The position numbers were made by a program, and so were the translations under genes. A model generated the notes under the pieces. That model was given only the letters and a program-made list of their open reading frames with translations, ran no database searches and was not told the DNA's origin. A stretch of DNA of 64,000 bases from Enoplolaimus lenunculus (Eukaryota), in assembly GCA_030248215.1 (NCBI GenBank), contig JASANG010001329.1, positions 62,001 through 126,000 of the forward strand, read 5' to 3'. The stretch's first letter is position 1, and every line of letters begins with the position of its first letter. This document shows, piece by piece, positions 27,922-39,812 of the stretch.

Positions 27922-28184
27922 CCCCTTCTCACATTGAGTTGCCTGTAGCCAACTCAGCGCAGGGTATATACGTTAAATAGTATATATCGCACCGTGTTTA
28001 ACAATTGCAACACGTATACGTAGTACTAAATCACTACAAGACGTGAGAGCCCCCTCGGGCTCGAGCGTCAAGCTCCTATAGCTGAGTGGTGATGGTATAC
28101 GCTTATCACTCCAGTCACTGGAGTTCGAATTCTAGCATAAAAGTAGGTCTCAGGGGAAATAGAAAATATTCATGTGAGAAAGGG
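27922..28184 (+). mobile_element. piggyBac-type MITE (263 bp) with internal tRNA-like A/B boxes, copy 1
   Basis: TTAA|CCCCTTCTCACAT … ATGTGAGAAAGGG|TTAA; internal TAGCTGAGTGG (A-box-like) and GAGTTCGAATTC (B-box-like). Confidence 0.85.
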
Positions 28185-28217
28185 TTAAGCGAAAAATTTT
28201 CAGTTTACAATCTATAA

Positions 28218-28480
28218 CCCCTTCTCACATTGAGTTGCCTGTAGGCAACTCAGCGCAGTGTATATACGTTAAATAGTATATATCGCGCCGTGTTTAACAA
28301 TTGCAACACGTATACATAGTACTAAATCACCACAAGACGTGAGAGCCCCCTCGGGCTCGAGCGTCAAGCTCCTATCGCTGAGTGGTGATGGTATACGCCT
28401 CCCACTCCAGTCGCTGGAGTTCGAATCATAGCATAAATGTAGGTCTCAGGGGAAATAGAAAATATTCATGTGAGAAACGG
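28218..28480 (+). mobile_element. piggyBac-type MITE, copy 2 (near-identical, tandem)
   Basis: Same 263-bp sequence with scattered substitutions; ATAA and TTAA flanks; 33 bp from copy 1. Confidence 0.85.
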
Positions 28481-28814
28481 TTAAGGAAATACTTTCTTTA
28501 TACTAAAACGACTTAGTACTAAATTTTACAATACCAAGTACAATTACGGAAAAAGTTGTGGTAAGTAACATTTCTAAATACCCATGCGCTCATAACTAAA
28601 TAGAGTTGAGTTGTTGATTTTGTCAAAGTTAACGAAATGCAGTTAGAGCCATTTATTTGCGAAGTATGCGATTCGATAAAGTCACCCCTTTAATCAGAAA
28701 ATATATTCATACTATTACGCAAAAACTTTTCTACGATGGGCAAAGAAAATTTTTTCTAAGTGCAAATTATTAGGTAATCCTGTAAATGAAATTTTCCGAA
28801 AGGGGGAGGGGAAG

Positions 28815-29173
28815 TACTGTAGTTACCCGACTACACACTTCGTTACTGATATATAACCTGTATTGCAATCATTCGTTGAGTTATACGTATATTTGTCTCA
28901 TGTCAATAGCTTGAGCGATCATGCAAGGTTATACTTAGGAATGTACCTTCAACACTTAAGTATGCTTTAAAGTTTCGAACTGAACTATATTTGGACCTGG
29001 AGTCATTTATGCGCTACAATTTAAGGGTTAATTGACATTTATGCACTCTAATTAGGGTTTAAGAACACAATCCGCTTTACAGACTCTTATTAGGGATACA
29101 GACTCCTATTGATTGGGACTCAAAATGGGGACCCCCTCTTATTATCCCCCTCTTTATTCGGGTCACTACAGTA
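28815..29173. mobile_element. TA-flanked MITE family M1 (Tc1/mariner-type ends)
   Basis: TACTGTAGTTACCCGA … TCGGGTCACTACAGTA; interior matches 35847-36261 and 56655-57052 in reverse complement. Confidence 0.75.
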
Positions 29174-29223
29174 TTCGTTAAGCGCAAACTTGTTTATTTG
29201 GGTATAGTTTACATACGGATCGC

Positions 29224-29380
29224 GGCCCATGTTACTTTAAGGGGCGTCCAGGATTCTGGTGGGTCTATAAAAGAGTAGGTTTAGATTCTAGATTACATTT
29301 TTTTTGCTTAGGCTTAGGCTTATGCTTAGGCTTAGGAATACGCTTAATCCACTGTTACGCCCCTTAAAGTGAAATTGGTC
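29224..29380. mobile_element. MITE family T2 (telomeric-repeat MITE related to T1), 8-bp TSD
   Basis: TIRs GGCCCATGTTACTTTAAGGGGCGT … ACGCCCCTTAAAGTGAAATTGGTC; perfect TSD CGGATCGC; internal TTAGGC run. Confidence 0.85.
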
Positions 29381-30438
29381 CGGATCGCAAACTCCTTTTT
29401 TGTTATACCCGTTTCGCAGGCCCGTATTCAGGTCAACATTTATGCAGTTGAATAAACTGCACTAAAGCATGCTGAAAATTCATAGAATTTGTAAATATGG
29501 CAAACCAATTAATGAGAGCCAAATTTTTCTATTAGTCTTGGAATTTTCACGGCTGCTCTCTGGCTAGGATTGTCAAGTAAAAAAGTGTCCTAATAATGTT
29601 CTACCACGTGAACTAACGCCGGTTTCGAGAAAATTTGTCCGCTCCAGGTTTTTAATAACAAAGAGCGTGAGAAGTACAACGATGCCGTTAGCGGGACGAA
29701 ATCTGATGTTCGATTAAAAATGTGAGAAAAGTTGAGTTATTAATATTTGGCTATGAAATAGTTTTAGACATGCTATAAAATCTGATTCGATTCAGTTGAA
29801 AACGAGACGTGTTATCGACTTTTGAAACACGCTGTACTGTAGTGACTTTAATAACAGTCGAAGGTAAATAATCGTCCGAAAACATTATTTTCAGCTTGAA
29901 TCAATAGGAATAATGTATTTCTAATTATAATCGGTCAACGTTCAGCATAAAAAAACTAAACATTATGCAAATTGCACAGGTTTGCAATTGCCTACGACTG
30001 GCAACAACAATTTTTTGCTTCCATCAAGAACTAAACTATCAAAACCTTCACTTTACAGTATTTTATACTAACCAAATCAAGATATATTCCATACTTAATG
30101 ATTACAATGAGACTACATAATTCCACAATTATATATTAACTTTCCCGACATGCACTTAAATCAATTAACCTTTTCGTTATGGCTGTCAGGCAGAATTTCA
30201 TCAGCCAATGACATCAATCATTTTAGAGTACAGACGGTTAAAAGCTACACAGTTGAAAGTTCTAAACGCACGACTAATGCATAATAAATTGACGACCGTT
30301 AAGATAGAGGCGTTCGAAAAGAAGAGTACGTGAGCCGTTGCTCCTTAATCCGTAATCGTTATATATTGGCAAGACAAGACATTGTCTTGTTGAACTATTG
30401 TTAACGCCTTTGCCAGTCTTATTAACCACGAATAGTTT

Positions 30439-30608
30439 GTCCCATGCTAAGGATAGGCGTCTACCCACTGAGATACACGGGAATTTTGGGAGGGACTTTA
30501 GAGACTGACGATTGTAGGCTTATGCTTAAGTTTATGGGTTTAGGGTTAAGATTAGGTTAAACTTAATTTTTGTGCTTGATAGGTAGGCGTCTATTGTTTA
30601 CATGGGCT
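30439..30608. mobile_element. Diverged telomeric-repeat MITE (possible third subfamily)
   Basis: Imperfect TIRs GTCCCATGCTAAGGATAGGCGTCTACC / GGTAGGCGTCTATTGTTTACATGGGCT with a degenerate TTAGG interior. Confidence 0.5.
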
Positions 30609-31714
30609 AGTATTTAATGGGGTTTTGGATACCAGCTGCTACTTATCCAAATTCCTTGGTAAACAACTGTAGGTATGTAAGTTATGCTTCCCTGCTAATT
30701 TTAGATTGTCATAAAGTCGAATGTACAAGCACAAAATGTATGCTGTCAACCATATAGCTAGCGCACTGCATTGCAGGACATGTGCAGATTACCGAGAAGC
30801 ATGACCCGTATTATGACAAAGGCAGAAGTTTTCTTTTCAGTAAATGGCTATCAAAATTTCAATGAAGCCTGAAAGGTCAAACACGGCGTTTTAGGCAGTT
30901 GATTTTTCCAACCAAAAGTTGGTCTTGTTCCCAACGTCCGCAATTATTTTGTGAAGTCACGGTTTATAAGCAGTTGCATCCGTTTCGGCATTCTGGTTTT
31001 TCAGTTAAATCAAATCGTAGCATACCAGAAACAGTTGGAAATAATTATGAACTGTGAAAGATAGGTATTCTAATTGAATTACGTTTAATTAAAAATCCTA
31101 GCTACGCCCCTGCTAGGCAAGTGAGTTTGCTTATGTCAATAAAGAAACCGAAGCATGGAACAAATTTAACTACTACTTAGTAGCTCAAAATTAGCACAGA
31201 CTTCGTAAACTATTTATTATTTGGGGGAATTAAAAGGCGTGTTGAAAACCTCCGATTTAAGTCCAAACTACAAAACTTAGTAAAATCTTGAGTTAACTTG
31301 GAAATCAACATAAGCCATGTTTCTGCAACCCAGGCAATGTCAGGAAGGCGGACGAACAGCGAATACAAGTATCCGCACGAAAATTTTCAATAAAAGATCG
31401 GTTTTAAAACATACGAAGTATAAGCACGTAAAAACAAAGAGCAGTAGCGATCAGTGCCAGCGGAAGCGGCCCTTAAACATACCAATTTATAAGCCCCGAC
31501 CCTTTGGGGCCCCATCTTGACAAACTAAAAAAATTTTCTTTGACCAGAAGAAGAGTTTTTCAAGTATAAAGCTTTCTTTTTTAGAGTCCTGACGCCCATC
31601 TATACTTGACTGCCGTCCCAAAATCCCACCGTTTCAGATAAAAATTGATAGCTCTTGTTTGTGATGCGATTTTGGATTTTGGGATGGTGCTATTTCAATA
31701 TTGCAACCAATTAA

Positions 31715-32790
31715 CTTGGCTTAGTCTTAAGCTTTAGGTACAAGATTAGGCAATTTTTTGGCTCGGCTCAAGAAGGTCTAGGAATAGGCAAGGCTCAATC
31801 TCAGGCTTCGGATTATGCAAAATTGTGTCTTAGCTGGCGTAAAACTTAGATATATAAACTTTAGAGATTCCTTAGCCTTCGGCTTAGGCTTAAGCTTAGG
31901 TTTAAGCATACTCATTAGGCGTACGTAAAGGCTTAGGCTGAGGCTTTAAAATAGGCTTTGGTAAAACATAGATTAAATCTTTAACGACCCTCACGCAAAA
32001 TCTTAGGCTTAGGCTTAGGCTTAGGCTAAGGCTTGGGCTTAGGCTTAGGTTTCGGATTTTGGAGTAGACTTAGGCTTTGGTTAAGCATAGATTAGATCGT
32101 AAATGGCATAGGCTTAGACATAGGTTTTAAAAATAGAATTTGGTTTAAACATACTTTGGATCCTATAGGTCAGTTGGGCTACATTTAATTTTCAGGCTTA
32201 GGCTTAGGCTTGGGCTTAGGTTTAGGCTTATACTTAGGTTTCAGAAGCATTCCACCTTCGACCATATCCCGAAATATAAAAATCCGATTACGCTTTGGCT
32301 TACCCTTAGGTTTGGACTTAGGTTTAGGTAGGCTTAGGCTTTAGGAGCAGGCTTTGGTTTAAGCCTACATTAGATCTTAAATGAGAATGACCCTTGGAAT
32401 AATTCTTACGTTTAGACTTAGGCTTAGGCTTGGGCTTAGGTTTAACCTTAGGCGTTAGGAGCATGCATTGGTTAAGCATAGATTAGATCTTAACTAACCT
32501 TTGGACCAAACTCTAGGCATAGGCTTAGGATTAAGCTTAGGCTTAGGCTGAGGCTTTCCAAATAGGCTTTGGTTTAAATGTAGTTTAAATCTTAAATGAC
32601 ATTTGTGCTAAATCTCTGGCTTAAGCTTAGGAATAGGCTTATTCTTTGGCTTGGGCTTAGGATTGGTCCTCAGGCTTTGGTTAAGCATAGATTAGTCGGT
32701 AAATGAAATAGGCTTAAGGATTGTGTTTTAGGAATAGACTTTGGTTTAAACATAGATTAAATCCTAAATGACCCTTGGACTAAATCCCCG
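31715..32790 (+). repeat. Interstitial degenerate (TTAGGC)n array with a recurring non-telomeric spacer
   Basis: Runs of TTAGGC/TTGGGC/TTAGGT are separated by about 8 copies of GGCTTTGGTT(T)AA(G/A)CATAGATTA(G/A)ATC. Confidence 0.85.
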
Positions 32791-32885
32791 CATCAGAAAT
32801 TTTTTGGTAAAAATCGATGCGATACCTATCTCCCTAGCTATTTTTCTAATTTTCAGTTTTCGTTGATTCATATAATTGTATTTAG

Positions 32886-33250
32886 CAGGATTGAACCGGT
32901 GGTCTGCCGCCGGCTCCGGTATAAAGAGAACTCCGGCTGATTTTCCGGTTATGGTATATTTTCTACCAGATGTTTCGGCAATTTCAGTAGTGAAATTTTG
33001 AATAGTTTTATAAAATTTGTTTTTGGTGCGTTTCGTTTTAACTTTTGCCACAATTATGCGGAAAAGATTGAAGAGGCTTGGCAAAAAATAATCGCAAAAC
33101 CCAACTGTTTCAACGACACCTTTATAGAAATATTTGCTACAATTAGCATTAACCATTATTTTAACTACCTAGTTTTGCCGCAACTCCGGCTGAGCCAAAT
33201 TTTATTGATCTCCAGCTACGGCACCGGCTTCGGATCCCAAGCGTTTGTAC
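32886..33250. mobile_element. hAT-like MITE family H1, diverged
   Basis: Colinear similarity to 20408-20756 (GGTCTGC…CCGGCTCCGG, AATTTCAGTAGTGAAATTTTG, TTTTGCCGCAACTCCGG). Confidence 0.65.
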
Positions 33251-33671
33251 ACTTTAAACGATTTGCATGTTGCGTTATAAAAAATTTTGGATAAAAAATT
33301 TAGTGTTGAAATTGCGTGTATCTTGTCGCTCGCTTCATATGCGCACTTTCACAAAAAGTGTGCCTAAGCAAAAATTTTATTTGTTCACTCGTTTAGATGC
33401 AGAAGAAATCAGTGCGGGCGAGTATGGTGTATATGGGAACAATATTTATAAACAGCGAAGGCAACATTATACATAAATGTTTATAAAATGCGACCTATTA
33501 ATGAACTGTATACTTCTGATGCCGTTTCAAAACAAGAAATGTTATATATACACCAGTGCATAAACCAAATACAAAACAACAAAAAACACTTAAAATAACC
33601 CGAAATGTTTAAAAGTGGTCGAAAATTAATGATAGTTTTTAACCCGAAATTCCTCTCGGATAATCCTTCTA

Positions 33672-34220
33672 TGGCTGGGTTTCTGAAACGCTACTTAAGT
33701 ACGAATTAGTACTTAATGTATTGGCTAAGCAATTAATACTTAACCAATGGCGGGGTTTCTGAAACCTACTTAAGTATCAAGTACGTGCTAAGTAATTCCT
33801 TAGCCATTATACCGTTTTTAATATCGTACTTAAGTTATGTAAATACTTAAGCAGCTGACTAAATCTGATTGATTACAAATTAACCTTTACGGTTTGCAAA
33901 CCTTAGTCCAACTGAAATTGCACACTCGTGGTGCCTCCTTAACATAAATCAAAACTATGGCTGTTTTGTAATGACAATGGCTCACATTTGGCGTTTACCG
34001 GTTTTGTTCCAAAAGTTAAGTATTTACAAAAATAGGTTACTTTTCACAAAAAAACGTAACGAAAACATACGAAGTATATACGTGCCATTGTCACGACAAA
34101 AAAGTCACAGTTTTGCTTCATATTAAGGATGCACCATGAGTCTACAATTTCAGTTTGACCATGGTTAATATTTCTGAGCTGTTAATCTGTATTATATCAA
34201 ATGTAGCCAGCGACTTAAGT
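33672..34220. mobile_element. ACTTAAGT-rich long-TIR element; reverse-complement homologue at ~27480-27760
   Basis: TGGCTGGGTTTCTGAAAC…CTACTTAAGT matches the reverse complement of ACTTAAG…GTTTCGGAAACCCAGCCA at ~27730-27760. Internally, 33840-33990 is inverted relative to 34080-34220. Confidence 0.6.
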
Positions 34221-34948
34221 CTGCAGGCTCGGTATGCCAGGCTATGGTGCTTATAAAACCATTTTAGAAGTGGCGTGTCGGGAGTTCTCTGGTCTTACAA
34301 GTGGCTTTTAAATTTTTTTAGGGGTGACAAATATTTTGTAGGGGATCTGAGCCACCCCTTCGCCTCTCTGCTGCTGCTGCGGGCCCTTGCTAGTTAGTCA
34401 CTTTGTTCAAGAAACCAAAGATTGTTGGTTCTGGGACCATGGTACAAGATAGTTTTAGCACGGCTTATTGTTCTTCCAATATATAAGCGCGCGCTGCTAA
34501 AAGCCTGCTTCAAGCGTGCGGTGCACGTGGGCTTCGGCATCGCGCTCGTGCTGCGCAAGAGGCTCAAGAACTCGCGCAGCGCACTCGTGCAGAACACGTG
34601 TTATCGCACTCGTTCCACACACCTTCCTTGTGTACGAAAATATTTGATTTTTGGATATACCTTAGTATTCATTAGTAAGTTACCAACTATTATATAAGCC
34701 CTATTCACATGTGCAAGTTTTTGCTGCGAGAACTTGCAGATGCAACTTGCACTTGCAAGTTTTGTCCAAAATTGCGTTCGAAAAATTTTCAGCTGCAAAT
34801 AATTCGTTAAAAATCATAGTTACGAATTTAGTTCACATGTGTGAACAACCATGCTTCTAAGAAAGTAAAATAGCTTTATTTTAAGCAACTTCATTATTCA
34901 AGAATTCCGTTTTCCATAATTCATTTTGCTGCTTGTTGAGGCATAAAA

Positions 34949-35578
34949 TTATGAGCGTAAACTTGGACGTCCACGCATTTTACCGGTGACCAAATTGCGT
35001 TTATGAATAGCAGGTAGATACAAGAATTGCTGAGTAGGCTGATTAATGGCGGTTATAGAATGGGCTAAAAATCGTAAAATAACACGTGGAACTATGAAAG
35101 GCCGTGCAAGCCTGGCACCTTCCGGAGCAGAGTCGGTCTCAGCTAACATTTCGGCTTGATCACGATCAAATGACGCGTCTCCGATAAGACGGGCGCCAAA
35201 CAACCCCGACAATCGTTCAGATCCGTCGCTGGCGACATTAACAATGTCAAAATACTCCGGCCGACTTTGAAATAATGCCTCGGATTTGTGATAATCGCAT
35301 AACCTCACCAAACTTGCTTTATAAGGTGTCATCAGTTCGTGAGGTAATTTTGCTGCGCACAACTCAACAAGGCTGATGGTGGTTCCAGAAGGCTCCCCCA
35401 GGTGAAATGTGGTTTCACCATTGGAGTTAAGGCAGCATCGAATTTTCAGTAGCGCCAAGCGACTATTTAATGGCAATAATGAACAAACTACGCGGACAGT
35501 GATGTGATGATTACTTGATACTGTACTAGCAATTTCACAGTATGTTATGGTTGCGATAATACTTAACGCAAGTCGCAT
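34949..35578 (-). CDS. Putative secreted peptide precursor (209 aa from ATG 35578) with C-terminal KR|NLVTGKMRGRPSLRS
   Basis: The ORF is more GC-rich than its flanks and starts with signal-peptide-like MRLALSIIATITYCEIASTVSS. A dibasic KR precedes a short C-terminal peptide resembling that of 17200-17823. Confidence 0.65.
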   Translation of the reverse strand: MRLALSIIATITYCEIASTVSSNHHITVRVVCSLLPLNSRLALLKIRCCLNSNGETTFHLGEPSGTTISLVELCAAKLPHELMTPYKASLVRLCDYHKSEALFQSRPEYFDIVNVASDGSERLSGLFGARLIGDASFDRDQAEMLAETDSAPEGARLARPFIVPRVILRFLAHSITAINQPTQQFLYLPAIHKRNLVTGKMRGRPSLRS

Positions 35579-35846
35579 GTCTTTGAAACTCAAACGTCAA
35601 TTGTTATTTATTTGGTTGCTATTTAATCTACCTTACGTTTGTATTACTCAACTCTGAAATTAAAACTAATTTGATGGATGTTACTTAATTTCTGTACGGT
35701 TTAAAGGTTTAAAAATCAATTTCCTTCTACGTTTAACTTTCCAAGTCAATTTTCCTTTAAGATTGAGCTTCAAAGTGAGCAGTATAGAAAGTCATAAAAA
35801 TTTTACTAATTTTCGTTTCGATGAACTATGCTATACATTTTTTAAG

Positions 35847-36261
35847 CACTGTACTGACTCGAATAAGAGAAGGTCCCCTTTTGGAGTCCCAATCAATAGG
35901 AGTTTGGATTCTTAATAAGAGTTCGTAAGCGGCTAGAGTCCCTAAATTAGAATTAGAATCCATAAATGTCCGTTAATTGTAGTCCATCAATAACTCAAGG
36001 CCCAAATAAAGTTCAGTTCACAACTCTACCGTATACTAATATGTTTTGAACTTACATTTCTAAGTATAACTTCGAATTAGTTTTGATACAAGATAAACGT
36101 TTAATTCAACGGATAATTGCAATACCGGATATAAATCAGTAACGAAGGGTGGCGGAGCGTGGGATAAAAATAAATAACAGTCCGTACCGAACAACAGGAG
36201 TACCTTCTGGAAAGGCCAAATAAAATATCCGTCTCCCTCTATTCATGTCACTTTTGTGGTA
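35847..36261. mobile_element. MITE family M1, ~270 bp upstream of the 35578 ATG
   Basis: CACTGTACTGACTCGAATAAGAG start; shared GAGTCCCAATCAATAGGAG and CCCAAATAAAGTT blocks. Confidence 0.7.
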
Positions 36262-36590
36262 GTGTTAAACAGAATGTCGATGTTTCGATAACATCCAATT
36301 GTAAAATTTATTACTCCTTCTACAGTTTTTAAAAAAATTGAAAGTTACAGAGAATCACATAAAGTCAGCTGAACCGTTATCTCATGCTTAGACTGTCACA
36401 AACGTGTTGCACGTAAACGACTAATAGATTATCAAGAGCGATGCGCCGAGGTAGGCATAAGGTACGCCCAATATTTTAAGTTATGAAATTATATAACGCT
36501 GATATCCAGTACTTAGCACCATAATTTATGTAGGTGCTCAACGTTACATGACATTCTAGAAACTTGCTTGTTATTGCATCGCATTCTGCA

Positions 36591-36751
36591 AGGGCCCGTA
36601 GCCAGAGGGGAAGTAGGAGGGGTTGAGTACCCTGAAAAAGTTTTGTCCCCTAGATAATTTTCAACCTTGTCCATAACTAAACAAAAACCCTTGTATGACC
36701 CACCTGAAAATTATTCAGCCGCCCTAGCAAGGTGCGCTGGCTACGGGCTTG
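36591..36751. mobile_element. MITE family H2
   Basis: GCCCGTAGCCAG … CTGGCTACGGGC; TSD ATTCTGCA/ATTCTGGA. Confidence 0.8.
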
Positions 36752-38333
36752 ATTCTGGAAGTAATTATCATGCAGCTACATTCCAAGTGTACAAGTGCTT
36801 TTGTTTGTCAACTATTTGGGTTTACCCAAGGTGGGCCAACAGAATAATTAGTGTGTAATTAATCATATTAAACTTGAGACTGATTCGGCCAGCAGTTCGT
36901 TCGGTCTGCACTAAAAGTTAAACTTATCTGGGTTTTTGTGCGATTTAAAGACAGCTGGCATGCATATACGTGATAAAATTATCATATGCATGTCCAATCA
37001 TCCTTCAACTTTTTAAATTTAAGGTCCACTGAATAGTATATATATACAGGGACATAGGTCCCATTCCATTTCGGGAGGTATAAATAAAAGTTTTGCAGGT
37101 GAAAACCATTTTTTAACCTGTAGAATACAGCAAGTGCCTTGGTAGCTCGTTTCTTACGAAATTTCGTTGTGGATGTCTATCCTATTCACCCTTGAATAGG
37201 TCCCTAACATTCAACCATAAAAAATATGGCAACCAGATTTGCTCGCCTCTCTTCAGCGATAGTGGATGGTGACATGTAAGTAGGCGGTACCTCGTAAATA
37301 ATTTATTGCGGGTAAAGCAGTAACATTTTTGTAAAATTCATCAATTTGTTTATTTCAGGCATCATATGGATTGTTTTCCTGGTCGCTGCGACACACAGAG
37401 AAACTCTACATATAAGTGTAACTTCTTTACATTCTAAACTCATTTAGTCGAAATGAAAGTTAAACATACAAAAATCAGAAAAACCGAACAAAAATTAAAC
37501 TAAAATCAAACTTGAACTGAATAATAAACTAAAATCGAACAAAATTAATCAAATTCAAATTTGGTGCATCTGTTCAAAATATTATGTATTTGCTCAAAAT
37601 ATAAGATTTTTGTGCGATTTCAAATCTTTCAACAAAGTGGGAGAATTGCATGGTGTTGGCCGTAATCGACAGTCCACAGTAATAAATTTATTATACAATA
37701 TGAGCCGAAGCTAACATTTTGATATTTAGGCAAAATCGAAAATATTAAATGAATTGTTAAAAGCAGTTGCCACGTGAAATAGTGTAGCAGAGGCGAACGC
37801 AGGGTTTTTGAACGCTCAAAGTATTTTAATGTTAACATTGTTATTGCACTTAGAGTATAAGCGATTAATTGCCAACTGTGTATGTGCAATAGATATGATA
37901 TGCAAACCCAGCACTAATTATTTCACCCATCTAGTGTATGTAACCCTTACAAAATGAGAGAGAAGTCTCGCTCGTGCAGCACACTCCTATGACTGCTGAC
38001 TGGTGATGGTAAACGCGGCCCAGTCGAGGGCCCCCGTGGTTTGAATCTTAGATTGAAATTAGATTTATAGATAACATTCATGCAGTTAAAGGTAAATCTA
38101 AATAGCTGAAATGTGTTCTCGTGCATTTGGAAAATGCATTACTTACTAATTGCCTTTTAAGGTATAAAGGCAAGATAAAGCGAATGTGTGGTATCAGAAA
38201 CACATGATCCTTCATTTTAATCAGAATGCTTCAATTAATGTTTAAAAAAATTATTGAGGATCTCAATACAATACGCTAGCACAGTCACGCGTTCTGAAAA
38301 AACCCTTGATCTAATCCCAGTTCATGCTATTAA

Positions 38334-38501
38334 CAGTCCCGTAGCTAGCTCACTTTGCAAAAAGGTGGCTATAAATTTTTCACGAGGGTTATGCAAGGGT
38401 TTTACTGACTTACAAGCAAGTTTGAAAAATTTGTAGTGGTGGCCAAAATTTTTCCGCGAGGGTGCTGTGCCCCCCCTGGCCGCCTCTTGGCTACGTGCCC
38501 G
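38334..38501. mobile_element. hAT-like MITE family H2 (~160 bp), 8-bp TSD
   Basis: CAGTCCCGTAGC … GCTACGTGCCCG; perfect TSD GCTATTAA. Confidence 0.8.
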
Positions 38502-38674
38502 GCTATTAACATCACGCATTTGCACTATGATATGAAATGCTATGATGAGCTGCAGGAATTTTAATTAGGTTCTGAGCTACAATTTGGATTAATGGAAAAA
38601 GTGAAATACGCATATATATTTTTAAATTTGTGCAGCTGCTGTGACCAGTTGCAGTTAATGACAGTTCGCAAATG

Positions 38675-38765
38675 AACAAACAAACAAACAAAGAAGCAAA
38701 CAAACAAACGAACAAATACACGAACAAACAAACAAACAAACAAACAAAAACAAACAAACAAACGA
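38675..38765. repeat. (CAAA)n microsatellite; another at ~4039-4100
   Basis: Direct reading. Confidence 0.9.
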
Positions 38766-39514
38766 ACATGGATAGCAGCAACATCTACGAGCGTGAAAAT
38801 TTACTCAATCAGAAACAACTGCAAAACGTGTCCAGACGGGATCAGTTATTTCCCTATAACCTGTGAACGATTTGTTCAATCGCTAGTTATATTATGAAGC
38901 TGCGTCAATTCACCGCCCGACAACTTGCCGCCCGACACTGTCCTAAAGCTTGCTAGTAAATCTAAGTATTATCCTAAACATAATCAATCTTAAGCCTAAT
39001 GATGAGTGACGAATTGTCGAGTCGATGAAATTTTGTTTTACAAATAAGGTTCTTTGAATCTTCTCTAGAAGCTGCGCTGAAAAAATTGCAAATGGTCCAC
39101 ATTTAACTCAAACTATAGCTAGCTCTCCTAGCTTGGGTGAGATAAAGCTATTTCAAGGGGCATACAATGGTTTTCGATAACTTACAAGCAATATTTGTAA
39201 CCTTCTAGGGTGGTACAATTCTTTTAGGAGGAAGCTGAGCCTCCCCGGGCCCTCTTTGGCTACGGGCTCGATTGAGCGTTGTAGGCGGCTATGCCGCTCT
39301 AAACATATTTCAAACTAAAAACGAAAACACAAACTAAGACCAAACGCCAAACCACACATTAACGGAGTCCCTGGCTCCAAATAGCCTCTCATAGAACTTT
39401 ATTAAAGGCTTAGACGCTGCTTTAGGGCGTAAACTTATAGAATCGAGTCTATGGCGGCTGTTGCAATGTAGACGTTACTCAGGCCTTGCCTGGCTGTTAA
39501 TTAATATTTTGTAT

Positions 39515-39812
39515 CAGGGTGCAACCGGAGGTGAAAAATACAGGAGCCGGAGCCGGAGCCGGAGTTGAGGCGAAATTAGGTAGTAAAAATGATGGTTACT
39601 TAGGTAATTTTAGCAAATATCTGCAATATGTTGTTAAGTTGTTTGGTTTTACGTTAATGTTCTGGGAAATTTCGGAAATTCCTTTCTGGAAATTGTGATG
39701 GAAGTAAAGCGAAACGCACTAAACAAATAAATTTTGATAAATTAATGCAAAAGTTTACTACCGAAATGGCCAGAACCTTCGGTAAGAATTCTACCGGAGC
39801 TGGAGCCGGAGG
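39515..39812. mobile_element. hAT-like MITE family H1, one end truncated
   Basis: Starts CAGGGTGCAACCGGAGGTGAAAAATAC with GGAGCC repeats; approximately the reverse complement of 20408-20756. Confidence 0.75.
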
